Assembly (NCBI GenBank): GCA_965248435.1
Contig: OZ252100.1
Span: forward strand, 2,336,001 to 2,400,000
Reading direction: 5' to 3'
From: Candidatus Latescibacterota bacterium
Lineage (GTDB): Bacteria > Latescibacterota > UBA2968 > GCA-2709665
DNA: 64,000 nucleotides
Shown here piece after piece: positions 1 to 8,352 of the stretch; the first letter of the stretch is position 1; each line of letters opens with the position of its first letter. The notes below the pieces were generated by a model, which saw only the letters and a list, made by a program, of their open reading frames with translations, ran no database searches and had not been told where the DNA came from. A program made the position numbers and the translations under genes.

Positions 1-264
1 ACGCTCGAACTCTGCTGCTGAAAAGATCAGGGTCACGAAGGGGTAGAGAAAAACCAGAAACTGACTTCCGATGAAGTTGAAGGGCCGGCCCGTCTCCAGG
101 ACCAGCAGGGCAGGTGCCGTCATACGGCGTCTGACGACGAATCGGGCCAGCCGTTCTGCCAGTGCCTCGTCCTCGGCGTCAAACCCATCTTCGGACGTCT
201 CGACGGCAAAGGCGTGTGACCACCAGGCGCTAAACCGCGTCTGGCGAGATGCGATCCCTGACAA
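1..264 (-). CDS. Hypothetical protein, partial (3' end runs off the window)
   Basis: Hand-translated open frame from a TTG at 264: ...WWSHAFAVETSEDGFDAEDEALAERLARFVVRRRMTAPALLVLETGRPFNFIGSQFLVFLYPFVTLIFSAAEFER. Co-directional with the upstream operon. Not in the ORF track; start uncertain. Confidence 0.65.
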   Translation of the reverse strand, partial: MSGIASRQTRFSAWWSHAFAVETSEDGFDAEDEALAERLARFVVRRRMTAPALLVLETGRPFNFIGSQFLVFLYPFVTLIFSAAEFER

Positions 265-673
265 AACGTATCACCTCGTCTCGGTTTTTCTCACACTTGA
301 GGAAGAGCCCCCGGAAGGAATCGAGTCGACTTGGCTGGGCGAACGTGCTCAAGAAAAGCCCATCGCTCGAAGCAGAGACCCTTCGCACCCGGTCCCAGGC
401 CATCTTTCGGCTCGTCCCTGCGTGGGAAACGCGTGCACCGTCACCGTTCAAGGCGTAGCGGGTAGGCAGGATATATCGAGAAACAGACGCGCCCAGAAGT
501 CCAAACGTAAGCAATCCGAACGTCAACTCCCCGAAACTGATCCAGACCCCGACCGACAACCCGGTCAGGATCACCAGGAGCAGGCCCGACCTCAAACGGG
601 ACTCGTCGAGGAGTGGATGCACGCGCCATCGCAATTCTTCAGAGTGACCGCCAGGAGGGTCTGATGTCTGCAT
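230..673 (-). CDS. Hypothetical membrane protein (2 TM helices plus a small PH-like domain)
   Basis: Two hydrophobic segments followed by 'LPTRYAL...W..VRR'. Lies in the operon downstream of the lipoate ligase. Confidence 0.7.
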   Translation of the reverse strand: MQTSDPPGGHSEELRWRVHPLLDESRLRSGLLLVILTGLSVGVWISFGELTFGLLTFGLLGASVSRYILPTRYALNGDGARVSHAGTSRKMAWDRVRRVSASSDGLFLSTFAQPSRLDSFRGLFLKCEKNRDEVIRFVRDRISPDAV

Positions 674-692
674 CTTCTCCAGATCTCTGGGA

Positions 693-1553
693 TCATCCTT
701 GAGCGGATGCCCGCTCTTTCAAGTTCCATTCCTCGGTGCCGTATTTTTCTGTAGCCAGACGCTCCGCTTCCTCAGCCTCCTCGGGAGAAAGGTGAGCCTC
801 CTCCAATACCACGCCCCGGGCCTCATCAAACCCCGCCCGAAGCGCTTCGGCAACCTCTTCAAACGAAACCGCTCGGCCGAGGACGTCTTCCAAGGAGGTA
901 GTGTGAGCATCCAGCTCTTCTCTGAACTGCGCCTTGATCTCCTCCTCGCCATCCGGCATCAGGTCCACGATCTGTTTGTGCTCAGGTCCAATCAGCAGAG
1001 ACCCGTGCTGGAGTAATACAGATCCCATCCGGCGCTGCGCGCTCCCGACCAGCTTCTTGCCCTCGACGACCACTTCGAACTGGGAGGTACTGGAAAAGCA
1101 AGGATTCGTCAGGCGCTCCGCCCGGGGCACGGGAAGACTTTGGCGGTGGGGCTCGAATCGAGCCTCTACGCCGAGACGCCGGACGCCGGCCACGAGGCAA
1201 ACGCTTATTTTTTCGTAGGCCTCCAGGATTTTTCCCCCAAGATGGGGATCATCGGCTGAACAGAGCACGCTGTAGGTCAACTCGTTCCAGTGCAGAACGG
1301 CCCGGCCCCCAGTCGGCCGCCGAACCCAACCGACCCCCATGTCCCGACACCTGTCGAAACTCACCTCCCGCTCAACGCGCTGGGCATAGCCGAAAGAGAC
1401 CGCAGGGGGAGTCCAGCCGAACACACGGATCGTGGGTGGAGACGCACCCCGCTCCACAGACCTCACCACCGCTTCATCAACCGCCATATTAAAAAAGGCG
1501 TTTCCAAATCGGGTGTTTAGGAAACGCCACCGGCTAGACTTCTCGTCGAACAT
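693..1553 (-). CDS. Lipoate-protein ligase family protein (LipM-like octanoyltransferase)
   Basis: Motifs NMAVDEA, RRPTGGRAVLH, ELTYS, GKKLVGSAQRR and LQHGSLL. Confidence 0.9.
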   Translation of the reverse strand: MFDEKSSRWRFLNTRFGNAFFNMAVDEAVVRSVERGASPPTIRVFGWTPPAVSFGYAQRVEREVSFDRCRDMGVGWVRRPTGGRAVLHWNELTYSVLCSADDPHLGGKILEAYEKISVCLVAGVRRLGVEARFEPHRQSLPVPRAERLTNPCFSSTSQFEVVVEGKKLVGSAQRRMGSVLLQHGSLLIGPEHKQIVDLMPDGEEEIKAQFREELDAHTTSLEDVLGRAVSFEEVAEALRAGFDEARGVVLEEAHLSPEEAEEAERLATEKYGTEEWNLKERASAQG

Positions 1554-1556
1554 CGT

Positions 1557-2282
1557 CTAACAGACCTGAAGCCTTGTCAACGCATCTCTGGCTGCCATCT
1601 GCTGGGCTTCCTTCTTGCTCCGTCCGCGCCCCAGACCCTTCCGCTCTCCCTTGATCACCACCTCGACCGTGAACAACTTGCGGTGATCGGGCCCATCCTC
1701 CGAGTTCACGAGATACCTGGGGTGCCCCCGACCCTCTCCCTGGGTATGTTCAAGAAGCACACTTTTGAAGTTGAAATACTCACCGTTGGAGATCACCGTT
1801 TCCACGTTGGAGAGAAGCGTTCGCCTCAGGAAAATCTCAGCGGCATTCAGCCCTCCATCCAGATAGATCGCACCAAGCAGGGCCTCGAACGCGTCTCCGA
1901 TGATCGATGTCCGGTCACGCCCGCCGGCAAGGTCTTCCTCTTTGCTCAACAGGACGTAGGACCCCAGGCCCAATTCCCTCCCCTTCTGTGCCAGAACGAC
2001 CTTGCTCACCAGGAGCGACTTGATCTGTGTAAGATCCCCCTCACGCTTCTGACCGAATCTCCGAAAGAGACTCTCTGTGACCACGAGATCCAGAATGGCG
2101 TCGCCAAGAAACTCCAGGCGTTCGTTCGATTCGATGCCCTCCTCATCAACGGCATAAACGTAGGACCGATGCTTGAGCGCCTGCGTCAGGTACTCAAGGT
2201 TTGCAAAGGTGTAGCCCAGTCTCTTTTGAAGCTTCTCAAGCGGTCCATTCGCTACACCGCCGTGAGCGAGCCAGGCTCCCAT
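1557..2282 (-). CDS. rnc: Ribonuclease III
   Basis: Signature NERLEFLGDAIL, DAFEALLGAIYLDGG and a C-terminal dsRBD (GPDH, G.GRSKKEAQQ). Confidence 0.97.
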   Translation of the reverse strand: MGAWLAHGGVANGPLEKLQKRLGYTFANLEYLTQALKHRSYVYAVDEEGIESNERLEFLGDAILDLVVTESLFRRFGQKREGDLTQIKSLLVSKVVLAQKGRELGLGSYVLLSKEEDLAGGRDRTSIIGDAFEALLGAIYLDGGLNAAEIFLRRTLLSNVETVISNGEYFNFKSVLLEHTQGEGRGHPRYLVNSEDGPDHRKLFTVEVVIKGERKGLGRGRSKKEAQQMAARDALTRLQVC

Positions 2283-2409
2283 GTTGTCGATGATTCGCCG
2301 AAGTCCGATAACGGAATTCTCCCTTAAAGCGCTAAATCCCTCACGCTTCCATTTCCATCGTCTGGGGTGAGGTTTCGTTTTTTACAACTCCTCGCGACTT
2401 ATGCCTCTC

Positions 2410-2447
2410 AATCCGCAATCCCAAATCCCAAATCCGCAATCCGCAAT
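2410..2447 (+). repeat. Heptamer tandem array (AATCCGC/AATCCCA, about 5 units)
   Basis: aatccgc aatccca aatccca aatccgc aatccgc aat. A related array occurs in reverse orientation at about 44396-44424. Confidence 0.8.
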
Positions 2448-2474
2448 AGACCTACGATCCACGAACGACGATCC

Positions 2475-2501
2475 GGTCGTGTCCGTTAGGACACGACCCA
2501 C
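2475..2501 (-). repeat. REP-like palindrome
   Basis: Minus strand reads GTG-GGTCGTGTCC-TAAC-GGACACGACC, a perfect 10-bp stem immediately after the fabF stop. Confidence 0.6.
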
Positions 2502-2514
2502 GATCCGCAGGGTT

Positions 2515-3765
2515 TCAATGTCGAAGCTTCCTCATCACCAGCACCGCGTTGTGACCGCCAAATCCAAAGGAGTTGTTCATCGCGATCTCGACAGGCATCT
2601 CTCGGGCCTGATTCGGCACATAGTCCAGGTCGCACTCTGGATCGGGATGTTCGTAGTTCACAGTCGGAGGAACGCAACTGTCCCTTATGGCCAGAAGGCA
2701 GGCGATCGTCTCTATCGCACCTGATGCACCGAGCAGATGGCCCGTCATCGATTTTGTAGAACTCACGGCCACCTGCTTCGCCCGATCGCCAAAGACCGAT
2801 TTTATCGCCGCGGTTTCATTCTTGTCGCCAATATCCGTAGAGGTCCCGTGCGCGTTGATATAGTCCACATCCTCCGGACTCAGGCCGGCATTCCGGAGCG
2901 CCAGCGTCATGGCCCGCGCCCCACCCCTCCCGTCCGGTGCCATGGCCGTCTGGTGGTAGGCATCTGCGGTGTAGGCCGTGCCGACAATCTCTCCGTAGAT
3001 CGACGCATTCCTCTCGAGCGCGTGCCCGAGTTCCTCCAGCACGATCCCTCCGGCCCCTTCGCCCAACACGAATCCGTCTCTCTCTGCATCGAACGGGCGG
3101 CTGGCGAGCTCGGGTTCGTCGTTTCGTGTAGAGAGCGCCTTCATGGACGCGAAACCGCCCAGGGCAAGGCGACTGACCGCGGCTTCCGCTCCCCCCGTTA
3201 TCATGATATCGGCTTCTCCGTAGCGAATTTCACGAAAAGCGTTCCCGATTGCGTGACCAGCCGAGGAGCACGCGGATACCGTAGCGTAGTTCGGACCCCG
3301 GGCGCCCAGCGAGATCGAGATCTGTCCAGAGGTCATATCAGCGATCATCATCGTGATGAAATATGGGCTGATTCGCCTTGGGCCCTTTTCCATCAAGGCC
3401 GTGTGCTGATCCTCCAGGCTCAGAATCCCTCCGATGCCCGATCCAAAAATGACGCCGACCCGATCTGGATCCTCCGTCTCGATGTCCAGCCCGGAGTCTT
3501 CCACGGCCATATTTGCAGCAGATACCGCATACTGGGTGCAGGGATCGTTCCGGCGGGCCTCCTTTTTCGTCATCCCGAAGTCTTCCGGATCGAACCCCTC
3601 TAGTTCGGCCCCTATCTTGACGCGAAATTCTGATGTATCGAACCGTTGGATCGGGGCGACACCGCTCACACCGGCCCGCAGGGCATCCCAGAACGCAGTT
3701 GTGGACATCCCGTTCGGGGCCAACGTACCCAGGCCTGTAGCGACCACTCTTCGAGTCTTGTCCAC
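2515..3765 (-). CDS. fabF: 3-oxoacyl-ACP synthase II
   Basis: Catalytic motifs SACSS, YINAHGTST, KSMTGHLLGASG and NSFGFGGHNA. Confidence 0.97.
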   Translation of the reverse strand: MDKTRRVVATGLGTLAPNGMSTTAFWDALRAGVSGVAPIQRFDTSEFRVKIGAELEGFDPEDFGMTKKEARRNDPCTQYAVSAANMAVEDSGLDIETEDPDRVGVIFGSGIGGILSLEDQHTALMEKGPRRISPYFITMMIADMTSGQISISLGARGPNYATVSACSSAGHAIGNAFREIRYGEADIMITGGAEAAVSRLALGGFASMKALSTRNDEPELASRPFDAERDGFVLGEGAGGIVLEELGHALERNASIYGEIVGTAYTADAYHQTAMAPDGRGGARAMTLALRNAGLSPEDVDYINAHGTSTDIGDKNETAAIKSVFGDRAKQVAVSSTKSMTGHLLGASGAIETIACLLAIRDSCVPPTVNYEHPDPECDLDYVPNQAREMPVEIAMNNSFGFGGHNAVLVMRKLRH

Positions 3766-3828
3766 AGATCTATCCGCTAGAAGATGTAAGCCAATCTTCC
3801 GCCCGTTTGGTCAACCCGCTTCGGTGAT

Positions 3829-4068
3829 CTACTCACCCAAGCGTTTTTTCAGATAGTCCGTCGCGTCGTTGACCGTTTCAAGCTTCTCCGCATCCTCGTC
3901 GGGAATCTCTAAATCGAATTCCTCTTCGAACGCCATCACCAGCTCGACGGTATCCAGCGAATCTGCACCCAGATCGTCGATAAAATGGGCGTCAGCCGTC
4001 ACACTATCCGCATCGACACCGAGCTGATCGACAATCAGGTCAACCACTTTCTGTTGAACGTCGGCCAT
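3829..4068 (-). CDS. acpP: Acyl carrier protein
   Basis: Phosphopantetheine motif [20 protein letters not shown]. Confidence 0.98.
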   Translation of the reverse strand: MADVQQKVVDLIVDQLGVDADSVTADAHFIDDLGADSLDTVELVMAFEEEFDLEIPDEDAEKLETVNDATDYLKKRLGE

Positions 4069-4080
4069 TGCATCCCTCCG

Positions 4081-4827
4081 TTACATCACCATGCCGCCAT
4101 CCACCACCAGCACTTGCCCGGTGATGTAGACGGCATCATCTGAAACCAGAAAGGCGACAGCAGCTGCGACATCTTCCGGCCTTCCGAAGACGCCCAGCGG
4201 GATCTGTGCGAGGAGTTTGTCCTTTACATCTGTACTTAAATCTGACGTCATTTCAGTTGGGATGAAGCCGGGAGCGACCACGTTTGCCGTGATGCCGCGC
4301 CCCGCCAGTTCCCTAGCTACGGTCTTCGTGAGCCCGATCAGACCCGATTTGGAGGCCGTGTAGTTGATCTGGCCCGGATTTCCAACCAGCCCCGTGACGG
4401 ATGAAACCGTCACGATCCGGCCACTGCGGGCGCGCATCATCGCTCGCGCCGCGGCCTTGATGCAGAGAAAGGCCCCTTTCAGGTTAACGTCCAAAACGAC
4501 ATCCCAGTCCGCCTCCTTCATCCGCATCAACAGCGCATCACGCGTGACACCCGCGTTGCTGACGAGGATGTCAACTCTGCCCCAGCTGTCCAGCACAGTC
4601 TTGAAAAGCGTCTCCACTCCGGCGGGATCTGAAACGTCCGCCTGTAACCCGAGTGCGCGCCGCCCCAGACTTTCGATCTGCTCCGCGACCCCCTTTGCGG
4701 CCTCCACGCTCTTACTGGCGCAGACCGCCACATCAGCCCCTTCACCCGCCAGACGCAGCGCAACGGCCTCTCCGATCCCCCGCGACCCTCCCGTCACGAC
4801 AGCCGTCTTGCCTTCGAGGCGACTCAC
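4081..4827 (-). CDS. fabG: 3-oxoacyl-ACP reductase
   Basis: TGGSRGIG, NAGVTRD, NPGQINYTASKSG and GQVLVVDGGM. Start placed at the GTG at 4827, which overlaps the fabD stop (GTGA). Confidence 0.96.
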   Translation of the reverse strand: MSRLEGKTAVVTGGSRGIGEAVALRLAGEGADVAVCASKSVEAAKGVAEQIESLGRRALGLQADVSDPAGVETLFKTVLDSWGRVDILVSNAGVTRDALLMRMKEADWDVVLDVNLKGAFLCIKAAARAMMRARSGRIVTVSSVTGLVGNPGQINYTASKSGLIGLTKTVARELAGRGITANVVAPGFIPTEMTSDLSTDVKDKLLAQIPLGVFGRPEDVAAAVAFLVSDDAVYITGQVLVVDGGMVM

Positions 4828-5744
4828 CCCGCAACCTCCTCGATCTCCTCGAGGGTTCCTGCGCCTGAAACCGGCAGCTTGCGATCGATCCTCCGCATCA
4901 GCCCTTGCAAAACGCTGCCTGGGCCGACCTCGATCGCGCGGTCGATCCCCTCTGAAATCAAGCGTTTGATACTGTCCGTCCACTTGACGGGTGAAACTAC
5001 CTGTTCGAGAAGAAGGCGCTTTAGCTGATCTGGATCCTGCGTCGGTTCGGCCGTCACATTGGGGATCACGGGCACACGCGCCGGAGAAAATGCGATCGTT
5101 TCCAGGACACCGGAAAGCGGCTCAACCGCCGGCTCCATCAGGGCCGAATGAAAAGCCCCGCCGACAGGGAGTTCGATGCACCGTTTTGCACCCCTCGCGG
5201 GGGCCTCTTCCAAGATCCGATCAATCCCCGCCCGATCACCCGAGAGGACCACCTGACCGGGACAGTTGTAGTTCGCCGGTGAGACCACGCCTGCATCGCA
5301 AACCGATTCGCATAGTTCGCCGATCTCCTTTTCAGAAAGTCCGAAAACTGCGGCCATCTTTCCGGGTCGGCCCTCTCCCGCCGCCTGCATCGCCTTTCCC
5401 CTGATGCCCACAACCCGGAGCCCGTCTTCGAGGGAGATCACACCGGCGGCCACCAGTGCCCCAATCTCTCCAACGCTGTGTCCCGACACGATGTCCGGAC
5501 GAATCCCCTTTCCTTCGAGCATGCCCAGGACGGCCAGGCTGTGTGTGAAAACTGCCGGCTGCGTGACCGACGTCCGTTTCAAAGCGGCTTCAGGACCGCT
5601 GAAGCATAACGACTTCAGTCCGATTCCCAGAATCTCATCGGCCAGATCGAACACGTCCCGGGCCGCTTCCGAAGCGGCGTAGAGGTCCTGCCCCATCCCC
5701 ACGTACTGCGAAGCCTGCCCGGGGAACAAAAAAGCCAAAGGCAT
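4824..5744 (-). CDS. fabD: Malonyl-CoA:ACP transacylase
   Basis: FLFPGQASQ, TQPA, GHSVGE, GAFHS and EVGPG motifs. Confidence 0.97.
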   Translation of the reverse strand: MPLAFLFPGQASQYVGMGQDLYAASEAARDVFDLADEILGIGLKSLCFSGPEAALKRTSVTQPAVFTHSLAVLGMLEGKGIRPDIVSGHSVGEIGALVAAGVISLEDGLRVVGIRGKAMQAAGEGRPGKMAAVFGLSEKEIGELCESVCDAGVVSPANYNCPGQVVLSGDRAGIDRILEEAPARGAKRCIELPVGGAFHSALMEPAVEPLSGVLETIAFSPARVPVIPNVTAEPTQDPDQLKRLLLEQVVSPVKWTDSIKRLISEGIDRAIEVGPGSVLQGLMRRIDRKLPVSGAGTLEEIEEVAG

Positions 5745-5787
5745 AGGCTGGGACTAATATCCAAAGGCCAAAGGTTCGGTCCCCACG

Positions 5788-6783
5788 CTAATAGGCCCAC
5801 CTCAGAAGGGCGCTTCCCCAGGTGAATCCCGCCCCCGCACTCGCCACAAGAACCTGATCCCCCCTGCTTACGCGCCCCCCCTCCACAGCATCGGAAAGCG
5901 CGATCGGAATCGTCCCGCACGTCGTATTCGCGAACCGATCGATGTCGATCAACACCTTGTCCTCCGGCAGGTTCAATTTCCGAATACTCGCATCTATGAT
6001 GCGTTTGTTGGCCTGATGCGGGAGGAACAACGCAATGTCTTCACCCGTAAGCCCGTTTCGTTCAAGGAGGTCTGCGGATACCGAGGCCATGCTATTCGTA
6101 GCAAACTTGAACACTTCGCGCCCATCCTGACGCACGTAATGCATCCTTTTGTCTACCGTTTCGTGGCTGGCCGGATGAAGGCTGCCTCCTCCTGGCTGAG
6201 AGAGGTACTTCCCACCCGAGCCGTCGACCTTGAAGATGAAGTCTTGTATACCCTCGCCGTCCTCTCCGGGTTCCAGGAGTACGGCACCTGCGCCATCCCC
6301 GAAAAGCACGCACGTGGACCTGTCTGTGTAGTCGACAATGCTGCTCATCTTATCGGCGCCAATCACGACCACTCGCTTGTGTGCACCCGATTCGACAAAC
6401 TGACAGCCCACGATGAGCGCGTAGAGAAACCCGCTGCAGGCGGCGGACAGGTCGAACCCCCATGCATTCTTCGCCCCGACGTTTTCCTGAACAAGGCACG
6501 CCGTTGCGGGGAACATCATGTCGGGCGTTACGGTAGCGACGATGATCAGGTCAACATCTTTTGCATCCAAACCCTTCTGCTCGAGCAGGTTTTCCAGGGC
6601 CCGCGTCGCAAGGAAGGAGGTTCCCAAACCGTCATCAAGGATCCGTCGCTCCCGAATACCGGTTCGAGACTGGATCCATTCGTCCGTCGTATCTACCATC
6701 TTTTCCAGATCGGCATTCGTCAATTTGCGGTCTGGGAGGTAGCGGGAAACGCCGGTTATTGAAGCGCGGAAACGCACACCCAT
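5788..6783 (-). CDS. fabH: 3-oxoacyl-ACP synthase III
   Basis: DLSAACSGF, LFGDGAGA, PHQANKRII and GAGFTWG motifs. Confidence 0.97.
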   Translation of the reverse strand: MGVRFRASITGVSRYLPDRKLTNADLEKMVDTTDEWIQSRTGIRERRILDDGLGTSFLATRALENLLEQKGLDAKDVDLIIVATVTPDMMFPATACLVQENVGAKNAWGFDLSAACSGFLYALIVGCQFVESGAHKRVVVIGADKMSSIVDYTDRSTCVLFGDGAGAVLLEPGEDGEGIQDFIFKVDGSGGKYLSQPGGGSLHPASHETVDKRMHYVRQDGREVFKFATNSMASVSADLLERNGLTGEDIALFLPHQANKRIIDASIRKLNLPEDKVLIDIDRFANTTCGTIPIALSDAVEGGRVSRGDQVLVASAGAGFTWGSALLRWAY

Positions 6784-6802
6784 CTCGTCAGGACCTCATC
6801 GC

Positions 6803-6985
6803 TTAAACACCTTCGCCCTCGATGACTTCCTGACCTTTGTAATGACCGCAGCTGGGACAAACCCGGTGGGGCTGCCGCTGCTGACCACAGTTCGGACAAT
6901 CTGAGAACGTCGGCACCTGAAGCTTCCAGTGCGACCGTCGCTTGCCTGTCCTCGAATTGGAGCTTCTGCGCTTTGGATGTGCCAT
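6803..6985 (-). CDS. rpmF: 50S ribosomal protein L32
   Basis: MAHPKRR...CPNCG...PHRVCPSCGHYKG. Confidence 0.97.
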   Translation of the reverse strand: MAHPKRRSSNSRTGKRRSHWKLQVPTFSDCPNCGQQRQPHRVCPSCGHYKGQEVIEGEGV

Positions 6986-6999
6986 TCAAAACCCCTTTT

Positions 7000-7509
7000 C
7001 TATTCGCTCGCCAAGCCCTGCAGCGCTTCCCAGCGCGGATCGGTCTTCTCCTCTTTGCAGTCGCAGCGACCCAGGTTAAAATTCTGACCGCACGACGGAC
7101 ATAGTCCCGCGCACGACTCCCGGCAGACGGGATTCATAGGAATTTCGAGAAGGATGTAATCCTTCACTTGCTCCCCAATATCGATCTTTCCCATCGCGTC
7201 ATCCAGCCAAATGATCGCCTCGTCTTCATCCCCTTCCATGGTTCTCGGGCGACCCTTCTGGAGGATGAACTTGAATCCACCTGTCATCCGCTTGGTAAAA
7301 GGCTCAAGGCACCTTGCGCACGACATCCCGAGCTCGAATTCCGTCTCCCCGGAGACCGTGAGGGACTCCCCCATCTTGAAAACGGTCATGTGAGTTTGAA
7401 TCGGCTTTGAGAAGTCGAACTCCTCATTCTCGATATGGAGCTCTTCCGGCGTCTCTGACCATTCGGACTCGTTGAGACCTTCCTCGAGTGCGTTCAAATC
7501 GACTTCCAT
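7000..7509 (-). CDS. DUF177/YceD family protein
   Basis: CARCL, C.ESCAGLCPSCGQN and DPRWEAL motifs, in the canonical position upstream of rpmF. Start placed at the ATG at 7509. Confidence 0.92.
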   Translation of the reverse strand: MEVDLNALEEGLNESEWSETPEELHIENEEFDFSKPIQTHMTVFKMGESLTVSGETEFELGMSCARCLEPFTKRMTGGFKFILQKGRPRTMEGDEDEAIIWLDDAMGKIDIGEQVKDYILLEIPMNPVCRESCAGLCPSCGQNFNLGRCDCKEEKTDPRWEALQGLASE

Positions 7510-7519
7510 ACCACACTCC

Positions 7520-7957
7520 CTAAGAAGAAACAGCGCCTTCTCCGAAAAAGAACGTAATCTCTTGTGCCCCGTTTTCGGGTGAATCGGACGCGTGCACCGC
7601 ATTCTCCTGAACGTTGCTGCCAAATGCCTTTCGGATCGTTCCCTCCGCTGCCCGAGTCGGATCCGTTGCCCCGACGACCTCCCTGAGGGTGGATACGGCA
7701 TCCTCACGCTCGAGCACTGTTGGGACAGAAGGACCTGAAGTCATGAAATCGATCAAGTCGGGATAGAACGGGCGCTCCCGGTGCACGGCATAAAATTCCG
7801 CCGCCTGTGCACGCGTCAGGGTCATCATTTCCGTCCGAACGATCCTGAATCCCTTTTCTTCAACGAACTTGAGGATCTCCCCGACAATGTTTCGAGCCAC
7901 TGCATCCGGTTTGACGATCAACAGTGTTCTGGCTGCCACAATGATTCCAGTGGACAC
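7520..7957 (-). CDS. ndk: Nucleoside diphosphate kinase
   Basis: RTLLIVKPDAV, FYAVHRERPF, GTIR and NAVHASDS. Confidence 0.97.
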   Translation of the reverse strand: MSTGIIVAARTLLIVKPDAVARNIVGEILKFVEEKGFRIVRTEMMTLTRAQAAEFYAVHRERPFYPDLIDFMTSGPSVPTVLEREDAVSTLREVVGATDPTRAAEGTIRKAFGSNVQENAVHASDSPENGAQEITFFFGEGAVSS

Positions 7958-8034
7958 GAGTTGCAGGTAGGGAAAGCGCCCTGTAAGAGGCGTCTCGAGA
8001 TTCGAAAATATGACCTATCACCCTGAAGATGAAG

Positions 8035-8063
8035 AAGATAGGATTTCACTATGAGTTTGTCAA
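8035..8063 (-). promoter_or_regulatory. sigma70-type promoter for the ndk-fab operon
   Basis: Minus strand TTGACA-N17-TATCTT. Confidence 0.7.
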
Positions 8064-8090
8064 CACCAATTTTCGGTTCAAAGAATTAGT

Positions 8091-8119
8091 TTGACATGGA
8101 GATAAACCCCCCGTTTAAT
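8091..8119 (+). promoter_or_regulatory. sigma70-type promoter for the putative ether-lipid operon
   Basis: TTGACA-N17-TTTAAT, back to back with the fab promoter. Confidence 0.7.
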
Positions 8120-8151
8120 TATATTTCGCCCGATGATCATTCAGGAGCCAA

Positions 8152-8337
8152 ATGCCACGGGCAGGTAAGAGGATCCAGCTTCCGTCACCCTGCTCCACGA
8201 TGACGGACGACCCTAAGCCGCTGGCCGCCAGTGCGGGATGCCCTCAACATCTCCGCATCCGTCCCACCGACTTCGCCAAACCGCTCGAAGTCTCCAAAGA
8301 GAACCCTCTCGGCCAACCTGAACCCCTGAGGCAATAA
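8152..8337 (+). CDS. Possible small leader ORF (61 aa)
   Basis: AGGAG just upstream of the ATG. Fills the gap between the promoter and the FAR gene. No recognisable motif. Confidence 0.3.
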   Translation: MPRAGKRIQLPSPCSTMTDDPKPLAASAGCPQHLRIRPTDFAKPLEVSKENPLGQPEPLRQ

Positions 8338-8352
8338 AGATCTGATCCCACT

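Noticed and set aside
2737-3603. 288-aa plus-strand ORF, and similar ones such as 14956-15795, 38972-39793, 50511-51428 and 57754-58647
   Set aside because: They overlap well-supported genes in another frame or on the other strand, and have low-information R/P/G-rich translations.
4828-4983. N-terminal extension of the fabG ORF (also the extensions on yceD, argR, argC, argD, argH, lysA, dtd and panE)
   Set aside because: The track uses the most upstream start. Homology, RBS position and stop/start overlaps favour the downstream starts.
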